Assembly (NCBI GenBank): GCA_044356295.1
Contig: JBIKWN010000004.1
Location: 37,708 to 101,707 of the forward strand
Reading direction: 5' to 3'
Source of the DNA: Bdellovibrionota bacterium
Lineage (GTDB): Bacteria > Bdellovibrionota_C > UBA2361 > JBIKWN01
DNA: 64,000 nucleotides
Position numbers and translations under genes: made by a program. Positions 56,919 to 64,000 of this stretch are shown in pieces. The notes under the pieces were generated by a model that did not search any database, had not been told where the DNA came from, and was given only the letters and a program-made list of their open reading frames with translations. Within the stretch, counting starts at the first letter, position 1. Every line of letters starts with the position of its first letter.

Positions 56919-58216
56919 TGGAAAAGCAGCAGATTGAAACTATATATTCTGGCTCACGAAAAAATGGATTAAGCCTTATTCGCTATCTTGGGAACGATCA
57001 GAAATCTGTTATTGTAAAATGTCAGCCAGGTACAATTACAATCCTTGCAGATGAGGGAGGGATGACTCTCAGATATTACCTTAATTCCTTTTCACCAAAA
57101 AAGGATGTGAAACAAACAGTTATGCTTCAATATGATGGGCAGATTGAAGCGAGAAATTCAGTTGCTATGGTAGGTTTTGAAGAAGAACTTCCCGACCTTT
57201 CAATTCCTCAATATTTACTTTCAAATGGAATTGATGAGAATAAGATAGAAGAGTTAATTGATGAATTTGAGCTTCGAGGACAGCTTTTTCTTCAGTGTTC
57301 ACAGCTTTCGCGAACCGAAGCTCGTCAAATACAACTCTTAGTGGCAGTCGGAAGGCAATCTCCAATAATGATTCTCAATGATCCATTTCAACCATTTAGT
57401 GGCAGATGGAGGGAAGCATTCGGTGAGTATATAATGAACGACTGTCTGGAAAATAACCGAATTATTATTTGTACTAATATCAGTTTCATTCCTAATTCGT
57501 GGCTCAGTAAAAATAATGTAGGTTCCTATGATGTTGGGGCACTTGCTGAAAAAATACTTCAAAAAGAAAAAGAAGTGAGTAAGGCAGCTGCTAAGGAAGT
57601 ACAGAAAAGACAAAACGTTAACGAACTTAACGAAAAATATTATCGTGCTCCAATAAAAATTAGTATTCCAATTTCAGAGTCTTTTGTTTTTGTGGCTAAT
57701 TCAGTTCAAGAACGAGTCTTTAATACTCTTTCTCAAGTCGGTACATTTTTACGGGAATGGAGTGGGGCTGTTTTCTTTGTTACGATTGCAGTCATAGCAG
57801 TCCTAGCAGGGGTCATACTTAGTTATGATGTTGGAGGTAGTCGAGCGAAGCTCCAAATGGTGATTAACCGAATAGCACAACAGAAAATTGAGGAAGCAAA
57901 AAATCCTCAGCCGCAAGTGGTTGAAGAAAAAGTAGATCTTAAGGAAAAACCGAAAACTGAAAAAGAATCACCATCAAAAGAGGAACAAACTGATAAAGTC
58001 AAAGAAGCTGACTCAAGCTCTGAGTCAGAAATGGTTGATGAAAATGAATCGAGCTTAATTCCAATCGATGAGGCTAACCTTTCCGCTGAACCAGAATTAA
58101 ATGAGGTTACCCCTGTTGATGTTGAGTCGTTAAAAATTACTTTTATCCTGTTAGGAATTCCTTGGGGGACTCAGGAAGTAATGACTGATGGGTTGATGAG
58201 TGTTCAGAAGGACTAA
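56918..58216 (+). CDS. Degenerate ABC-ATPase-like domain + single TM + acidic low-complexity tail
   Basis: QLSRTEARQIQLLVAVGRQSPIMILNDPF resembles the ABC signature/Walker B region, but no Walker A GKS/T is present; TM at about aa 283-303. Confidence 0.55.
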   Translation: MEKQQIETIYSGSRKNGLSLIRYLGNDQKSVIVKCQPGTITILADEGGMTLRYYLNSFSPKKDVKQTVMLQYDGQIEARNSVAMVGFEEELPDLSIPQYLLSNGIDENKIEELIDEFELRGQLFLQCSQLSRTEARQIQLLVAVGRQSPIMILNDPFQPFSGRWREAFGEYIMNDCLENNRIIICTNISFIPNSWLSKNNVGSYDVGALAEKILQKEKEVSKAAAKEVQKRQNVNELNEKYYRAPIKISIPISESFVFVANSVQERVFNTLSQVGTFLREWSGAVFFVTIAVIAVLAGVILSYDVGGSRAKLQMVINRIAQQKIEEAKNPQPQVVEEKVDLKEKPKTEKESPSKEEQTDKVKEADSSSESEMVDENESSLIPIDEANLSAEPELNEVTPVDVESLKITFILLGIPWGTQEVMTDGLMSVQKD

Positions 58217-58635
58217 TTTCTCTGGATCTCTAATTTCAACAACCAACGAATAAATAAAAGAACAACCCCAAGAAAAAAAGTAACCATAGCATTGCGAAAC
58301 AGCATATGAAGCGCTGCAACACGAGGCTCTTTTGGGTTATTAGGGTCAACAAGAAGAGAAAGAACGTTACCTTTCAGCCTTGAAAAAATTGGTTGAGGTA
58401 TCGCTGTCACTATCCGCTCGCCTGAAGGAAGTGAGAAAGCAAGCTCTATTTCGCATGCTTTTCTGTATGCAGAACAATCACCAGGAATGCGTTCGAGTTT
58501 TTGAAAACTTGAATAACCTGTTACCTCAGCATCAATCTTAATAGCAGTTTTGATAAACGAAAACGTTGAGAAACCGCTATATATTCCAAAACTAACACCG
58601 ATAAGACCTAAGATAAGGAGGATTTTTCTAAGCAT
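58213..58635 (-). CDS. DUF3592-like membrane protein
   Basis: TM, AEVTG, beta-rich region, LLVDPNNPKEPRV, C-terminal TM. Confidence 0.65.
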   Translation of the reverse strand: MLRKILLILGLIGVSFGIYSGFSTFSFIKTAIKIDAEVTGYSSFQKLERIPGDCSAYRKACEIELAFSLPSGERIVTAIPQPIFSRLKGNVLSLLVDPNNPKEPRVAALHMLFRNAMVTFFLGVVLLFIRWLLKLEIQRN

Positions 58636-59944
58636 ATGCTTCGATTTTTTGTTTTAAACGTTGAACTTCTATCAATTCAGTGAATGGTCGACTTCCAGCA
58701 GCGAGTCTCTGCACACCATCACCATGTAGTGAGAGATCATACTCGCCAGTCTTTGAAAGAAAAAGAGGAGCTTCTGGAAAATCCATTCTACAGTGCGCTA
58801 TGAGTGAGAAGAGAGCCGCATCCTCCTGGAGAGCTTTTAGCTCATCTTGTTTGATATTTTTGGCAACTTTTTTGAGTGCAAACAGTTCAAATAGTCCGAG
58901 TCTATAAAGTTTTGTTAATCCTACAGTAGCAAGTGTTTCAGAGGCAGACATTTCTGATAATTCAAGAGCTCGTTGTAGACCAATATTAATAGTACCACGA
59001 ACTTTTGCTGAGTGATGTTTAACGGTTTCGTATTCGTGAAAAGGAATATTAAAAAAAACTATTGAAGCATTCAGCAGTAATGTGAGCTCAGCAGTAAGTT
59101 CCCCTGAATCAGCCATAGATTGTAATGTTGAGGTCAGGGGCTCACAATCAAATTTACTGAGTGCGACGAGCGGACCACACGGAACAACATCTTGAATCTG
59201 ACGAAATGCTTCTGCCGTAGTGATGACTTCTTTTATTTGATATGGAAAAAGAACTGTATTTAATTCAATCGCATAATCGAGTGAAGGTATCCCATCAGCT
59301 GAGAGACGTTTTAGTTTGTCGGTATATGCCTCCTCTTCGAGTGTCGACATTGTTGCAACACCTGGGATTGCTAGTAATTGATAGAAGAGCTCTCTACTAG
59401 ATTCAAAAATCAGTGCCAAAAGTCTAGTCAATAAAAAATGTTTATGACTATCTTCAATGTTTACAAAAACCCACGTATATCCCCGGTCAGGAGTATACCA
59501 AGCAGCAGCAGGTGGTGAATCGGTTTGTTGATCAAATGTTATTGATTCAACATATTTAAGAATAAGGAAACTAATGATTTTTAGATCAACACTTTTTAGA
59601 AATCGCTGACAGAACAGAAGTGGATCTTCATCATCAGTAAGCTCTAACCAATCCCAAATCTGATCTTCGTTGAGCTCATCTTTTTGCCATAAATCGAGAT
59701 CAAGAATAGTTCGCATCGAAGCGACAGGAAGGATGCCGATAAGATCCAGTGAAGATGCAAGTCCGCGCTCTCTCATACAAAAGTATAAACTTTGCGGAGA
59801 AACACTTCTTACGAATTGTTCAGGATTCGATGCGTCAAAAATTGCGCGATATAATTCTTTTCCAGTAAGCTGTGCAGTAGCAGTTGCTACGGGATCTGCA
59901 GCAGTGCGAACTGTTAAAGACTTACCGTTTGAACTATGACTCAC
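58628..59944 (-). CDS. DUF6178-like conserved protein
   Basis: ILDLDLWQKD, W..WL, YTPD, LEEEAY..KLKRL...G, INIGL, LYRLG pattern. Confidence 0.65.
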   Translation of the reverse strand: MSHSSNGKSLTVRTAADPVATATAQLTGKELYRAIFDASNPEQFVRSVSPQSLYFCMRERGLASSLDLIGILPVASMRTILDLDLWQKDELNEDQIWDWLELTDDEDPLLFCQRFLKSVDLKIISFLILKYVESITFDQQTDSPPAAAWYTPDRGYTWVFVNIEDSHKHFLLTRLLALIFESSRELFYQLLAIPGVATMSTLEEEAYTDKLKRLSADGIPSLDYAIELNTVLFPYQIKEVITTAEAFRQIQDVVPCGPLVALSKFDCEPLTSTLQSMADSGELTAELTLLLNASIVFFNIPFHEYETVKHHSAKVRGTINIGLQRALELSEMSASETLATVGLTKLYRLGLFELFALKKVAKNIKQDELKALQEDAALFSLIAHCRMDFPEAPLFLSKTGEYDLSLHGDGVQRLAAGSRPFTELIEVQRLKQKIEAYA

Positions 59945-59954
59945 AGTGGAACTA

Positions 59955-60551
59955 TTATTTTGGTTTAGCCCCAGATTTTAATGGTGCAAGTGTTATATGA
60001 ATTTGTCGTCCGCTTTGAGGCGATCGCTCATCAACAACAGCACAATCAGCAAGTGCTGCAATAATCTCGTTAAACTTTTGAACGCCTAGATCAACGTACA
60101 TGATTTCGCGACCTTTAAATCGCATAGAGAATTTAACTTTGTCACCTTCGCCAAGAAACTCGCGGGCATGTTTGAGTTTCGTTTCAAGATCACCTACATC
60201 TGTTCGATATCGTATGCGTAGTTCTTTTAGAGTATTTTCAGCTCGTTTCTTTTTGGCTTCAGCTTCTTTCTTTTGCTCACGGTACTTAAATTTACCGTAA
60301 TCCATGATTTTACAAACTGGAGGCTTTGCTTCTGGGGCAACTTCAACAAGATCTAAGTTTAAGCTTTCAGCTCGAGCAATAGCATCACGTATAGGAAGTA
60401 TTCCAAGCTGTTCACCGCCATCAATAACCACACGAACTTCACGAGCGGTGATCCGATCGTTAATTTTATGAGCTTCTTCTGGTTGGAAATTTCTGGGGGG
60501 GCGTCCACCACCACTACGGAAGGGGGGGCGAGGTTTAAACGGGGTATTCAA
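59955..60551 (-). CDS. infC: Translation initiation factor IF-3
   Basis: INDRI, LDLVEVAP, PPVCKIMDYGKFKY, GDKVK, FKGRE; TTG start preceded by AGGAG. Confidence 0.97.
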   Translation of the reverse strand: MNTPFKPRPPFRSGGGRPPRNFQPEEAHKINDRITAREVRVVIDGGEQLGILPIRDAIARAESLNLDLVEVAPEAKPPVCKIMDYGKFKYREQKKEAEAKKKRAENTLKELRIRYRTDVGDLETKLKHAREFLGEGDKVKFSMRFKGREIMYVDLGVQKFNEIIAALADCAVVDERSPQSGRQIHITLAPLKSGAKPK

Positions 60552-60654
60552 AAATTAAGTCTCCTAATCTCTCCTTTTTTATTCGAAGAGATGGAATAAT
60601 GCACGGTAAATTGATGCTTTTCAAGTGTCAGATAAATGGAGTTTTGAAATATTC

Positions 60655-61455
60655 ATGAAGTCTCAGCCAGTTATAGGTGTTTTTGATAGTGGGGTAGGTG
60701 GGCTTACAGTCCTAAAAAGCCTAATGAAGGCTCTCCCTGAGGCGAGCTACGTCTATATTGGGGATTCGGCTAGAACCCCATACGGGACTAAATCTCCAGA
60801 AACAATTGTTCAATATTCGTTTGAGTGCACTGACTTTTTGCTCTCAAAAGGGGTAGACGTAGTAGTTGTAGCTTGTAATACAGCTTCAACAGCGGCACTT
60901 TCAAATCTTAAATCAAAACTCACCATCCCTGTGTATGGAATGGTAGAACCAGCTAGCCACGAAGCTGTTTCGTTAATTAAAGATAAAACCGGACCAATCG
61001 CAGTGATCGGTACTGAGGGTACAATAGCTTCTCATGCATATGATCGTTACATCAAAACAATAGATCCAAACATTGTAGTTGTAAGTGCTGCATGCCCTCT
61101 ATTTGTTCCAATTGTAGAGCAGGGGATTTTTTCAGGAACAATAGTCGAAGAAATTATGTCACTCTATTTGGAAGAGATTAGATCATGTAACCCATCTGCT
61201 TTAATTCTTGCCTGCACACACTATCCACTGCTTTCAAAAGCAATAAAAGATTTTATTGGAAATGATACAACGCTTGTAACAAGCGCAGACGCACTTGCTC
61301 ATCAACTGCAAGATCTTTACGGCAAGAGTAGTAGTGGCGGAGAAAAAGAAGTTTCAGTATCATTTTTTACAACAGATAACGAAGAGCGATTTAATCGATT
61401 GGGTTCAATGATTCTTGCTCCATTAAAAGTTCAATCAAAAAAAATTCAACTATGA
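60655..61455 (+). CDS. murI: Glutamate racemase
   Basis: GVFDSGVGGLTV, PYGTKS, ACNTAS, LACTHYP; ATG at 60655 preferred over GTG at 60625. Confidence 0.96.
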   Translation: MKSQPVIGVFDSGVGGLTVLKSLMKALPEASYVYIGDSARTPYGTKSPETIVQYSFECTDFLLSKGVDVVVVACNTASTAALSNLKSKLTIPVYGMVEPASHEAVSLIKDKTGPIAVIGTEGTIASHAYDRYIKTIDPNIVVVSAACPLFVPIVEQGIFSGTIVEEIMSLYLEEIRSCNPSALILACTHYPLLSKAIKDFIGNDTTLVTSADALAHQLQDLYGKSSSGGEKEVSVSFFTTDNEERFNRLGSMILAPLKVQSKKIQL

Positions 61456-62312
61456 AAAAATCAGATCAAAGAGGACTTGGTTGCCATGTATCGGTAAGTG
61501 GTGGCTTAGAAAATGGTATTAAAAATGGTGAAGCACTGGGTGTTAATACAATCCAAGTACACCCGTGCGCTCCGCAGCGTTGGAACTTCAAACCTTTTGC
61601 AGACGGTTTTGAAGATAAGTTTCTTGAGGCTCGAAAAAATTCTGGGATTACCCGTATTTTTTTTCATGGAATTTATCTGATTAATCTTGCTAATCCAGAT
61701 CCAAAACAGTTTGGTTTTTCAAAAACATCTTTGCAACACGATCTGCAACTATGTGCTCGTATTAACGCAGAGGGAGTTATCTTTCATGTTGGAAGCTTAA
61801 AGCATGCTGAGGATGAGACTTCAGGATTGCAACAAGCAGCAGAGGGCATTAACTATATATTGTCAAAAACACATGAACAAAGCCGATTATTACTTGAAGT
61901 ATCAGCAGGTGCAGGCAGTGTGATTGGATCACGTATGGAGCAGCTTGCAACAATTTACGAAAAAGTTGAGCAGAAATCTCGTGTAGGATTTGCCCTTGAT
62001 ACTCAACATATGTGGGCGAGTGGATACGATATAAAAAATAATATGGAATCGGTTGTTAAAAATATCGGCGATGCATTTTCATTCGACAAGGTCTGGGCGA
62101 TTCATTTAAATGATAGTAAAACTGCCCTTGAAAGTAAGATAGACCGTCATGCAAATCTTGGTGAAGGTGAGATAGGTACTGAAGCATTACAAGCATTTAT
62201 CAATCATCCAAATTTAAAACATATTCCAGTGATATTAGAGACTCCGGGATTAAAAGAGCCTGCTACTGCAAAAATTGAAGTTGAAAAACTTCAATCGATA
62301 GCTATTCAATAG
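61452..62312 (+). CDS. nfo: Endonuclease IV (AP endonuclease)
   Basis: GCHVS, HGIYLINLA, FHVGS, LLE..AG, LDTQH, HLNDSK, DRHANLG, ILETP. Confidence 0.95.
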   Translation: MKKSDQRGLGCHVSVSGGLENGIKNGEALGVNTIQVHPCAPQRWNFKPFADGFEDKFLEARKNSGITRIFFHGIYLINLANPDPKQFGFSKTSLQHDLQLCARINAEGVIFHVGSLKHAEDETSGLQQAAEGINYILSKTHEQSRLLLEVSAGAGSVIGSRMEQLATIYEKVEQKSRVGFALDTQHMWASGYDIKNNMESVVKNIGDAFSFDKVWAIHLNDSKTALESKIDRHANLGEGEIGTEALQAFINHPNLKHIPVILETPGLKEPATAKIEVEKLQSIAIQ

Positions 62313-62315
62313 AAT

Positions 62316-63878
62316 ATGTTAATTCTTCTTTTTTTACTTCTTGCATTAGGTGCACTCGCTTCGAAAATCCGTGTTGGATCGTTATATTTAGGATCTCTCG
62401 GGGCATTATTAGTCGGTATCGGAGGAGGTGCGTACGGCATTGTTGTGCCTCAATTGTTGATTGATGTTGGTGTTTTATTTTTAATCTTTGTTATTGGTGC
62501 TCAGGCAGGACCACGTTTTTTAAGGGTATTTAGACGAGAAGGGTTACGAATTCTTATCGTAGGTGGAACTGCAGTCTCTGTATCAACTATTGTCGGAATA
62601 GTTGCTTCTCGTTTTTTTCTTATAGATCAAAATGTTTTTCTTGGTGCCATGACGGGTGGTCTATCAAGTGCAGCAGCCTTAGCGGCTCTGCTCGATTCTT
62701 TTAGTGGGCAATCATCTTCGAATGTCATTCTCGGATATTCTGCAAGTTATCCTCTTTCAACAATTCTTGTCCTACTCATTGTTCCAGTCTTTTCTTTTTT
62801 CCTGCGATCTAAAATGAGCGTTGATGAAACAGAATGGATTCGAAAAGAGCCTCTTCCATTAGAAAGAAAAAGTTTTCTCGTAACTAATAAATCATTAGTA
62901 GGAAAATCAATCAATGATATTGAACCTATAAAAGTTTTAGCAGTAAATCTTTCACGAATAACTAGAAATAAAATTCAACAGGTTTTCTCTCCGAAAATAA
63001 TTTTTGAACTAGGCGACATAGTAACAGCAGTAGGAGAACCACGATCACTACATGGGCTCGAGATGCTTTTAGGTGAGGACGCTTCAGGTACCATTATTGA
63101 TGAAACTGATCTGATTTCATCTGAAACGTATCTGACCTCATTTCATTTTGCCGGTAAATCTGTGCAAGAGCTTGAAGTACGAAAACGATTTGGGATAACG
63201 ATTACCCGAGTACGGCGAGATGGTGTTGAGTTTTTACCTAAATCTTCAGTGCCATTAGAATTTGGAGATCAATTAGTATTTCTGGGTGCCCCTGATGAGG
63301 TAAAAAAATTTACAAAGGAAGTTAATCCAGAAAGTTCAAGACTTAACGAAACCGAGCTCATACCGTTGATTCTTGGTTTAGCAGTGGGAGTTCTTTTAGG
63401 GTCAATCCCTGTTTCTGTGTATGGATCGATGCCTTTAAAGCTTGGTTCTGCAGGTGGAGTCTTTTTGGTGAGTATGTTTCTTGGGTACGTCAGGGGGATT
63501 GGGAAAATTCGCCTCTACTTGCCAATTCCAGCTTCAAATCTTATTCGAGATCTTGGATTGTTAGTCTTTATTGTTGGGACAGGAACGCTTGCTGGTAAAG
63601 ATATAGAAGGGCTTTTGTCGGTTGAAGGGAGGCATGCCGCTCTTTTGGGTGGACTTGTTACCGTTGTACTTCTTGCTACTTCTTTTGCTACTGCAAGGAT
63701 TGTTGGTTTTGATAGCTTTGCTTCTATTGGACTTGTTTGCGGAGCGGTTAATGCTTCTTCAGCATTACCAAGAGCAGGATCAAAGTATTTACGTGAAGTT
63801 TCAGCTCTGTTTTATGCAAGCCTCTATCCCGTTACGTTAATATTAAAAGTGATAGTGGTTCAGCTTTTAAAGCTATAG
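62316..63878 (+). CDS. AspT/YidE/YbjL family transporter with two TrkA-C domains
   Basis: FVIGAQAGPRF, GYSASYP, central TrkA_C repeats (SRITRN, TRVRRDG), duplicated C-terminal TM unit LGSAGG...YASLYP. Confidence 0.9.
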   Translation: MLILLFLLLALGALASKIRVGSLYLGSLGALLVGIGGGAYGIVVPQLLIDVGVLFLIFVIGAQAGPRFLRVFRREGLRILIVGGTAVSVSTIVGIVASRFFLIDQNVFLGAMTGGLSSAAALAALLDSFSGQSSSNVILGYSASYPLSTILVLLIVPVFSFFLRSKMSVDETEWIRKEPLPLERKSFLVTNKSLVGKSINDIEPIKVLAVNLSRITRNKIQQVFSPKIIFELGDIVTAVGEPRSLHGLEMLLGEDASGTIIDETDLISSETYLTSFHFAGKSVQELEVRKRFGITITRVRRDGVEFLPKSSVPLEFGDQLVFLGAPDEVKKFTKEVNPESSRLNETELIPLILGLAVGVLLGSIPVSVYGSMPLKLGSAGGVFLVSMFLGYVRGIGKIRLYLPIPASNLIRDLGLLVFIVGTGTLAGKDIEGLLSVEGRHAALLGGLVTVVLLATSFATARIVGFDSFASIGLVCGAVNASSALPRAGSKYLREVSALFYASLYPVTLILKVIVVQLLKL

Positions 63879-63950
63879 TGAATAAATAATCACACTGGCT
63901 CTAGATACCGCTACTGTCCCTTAGAAAGTAATTGAAGACATTTTTTGTAA

Positions 63951-64000
63951 CGCGAAGGTCGCGAAGTACGCGAAGGAGTTGATGTAATCCTTCGCGTACT
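63951..64000. repeat. REP-like 9-nt-periodic inverted repeat, truncated by window end
   Basis: cgcgaaggt-cgcgaagta-cgcgaagga; perfect 13-bp IR agtacgcgaagga (63965-63977) / tccttcgcgtact (63988-64000). Confidence 0.75.

Noticed and set aside
923..63840. Many short (60-140 aa) ORFs antisense to or nested in long genes (e.g. 923..1162, 14266..14643, 26088..26372, 50628..51017, 59670..59939)
   Set aside because: They overlap well-supported genes and have no recognisable motifs; treated as shadow ORFs.
1..64000. tRNA, rRNA, riboswitch, prophage or IS elements
   Set aside because: None recognised by eye in the short intergenic regions and no integrase, transposase or phage ORFs were seen; a tRNAscan/Rfam run would be needed to exclude small RNAs.

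Overview
AT-rich, densely coded bacterial chromosomal window with about 55 protein genes. By eye I found no rRNA, tRNA, CRISPR array, integrase or transposase. An OmpH/Skp gene indicates a diderm. HDOD, PilB/GspE and DUF6178-like genes suggest a deltaproteobacteria-like lineage (inference only). Housekeeping genes (mutY, parC/parE-like type IIA topoisomerase, tkt, pckG, folP, folK, rpiA, infC, murI, nfo, mntH/mntR, lone nuoB) are interspersed with many envelope and glycan genes: an SDR epimerase, a GT2, two SGNH proteins, and a TIGR03663/Agl23-like + 2x DUF2298 + GT39-like set of GT-C membrane proteins. The top candidate for a new system is the operon at 6971-9995. It encodes ThDP E1alpha, E1beta and a hybrid 'E2' whose lipoyl and PSBD-like domains are fused to a PglD/NeuD-type left-handed beta-helix sugar acyltransferase instead of the normal E2 catalytic core. 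Other notable items are a full-length PEP-carboxylase homologue with altered active-site residues, an orphan kinase-like protein, a PilB-receiver-degenerate ABC operon, a perfect MntR-type palindrome on the mntH start codon, repeated leaderless-type promoter geometry, and two REP-like periodic palindromes. All calls come from manual motif recognition; no searches were run.
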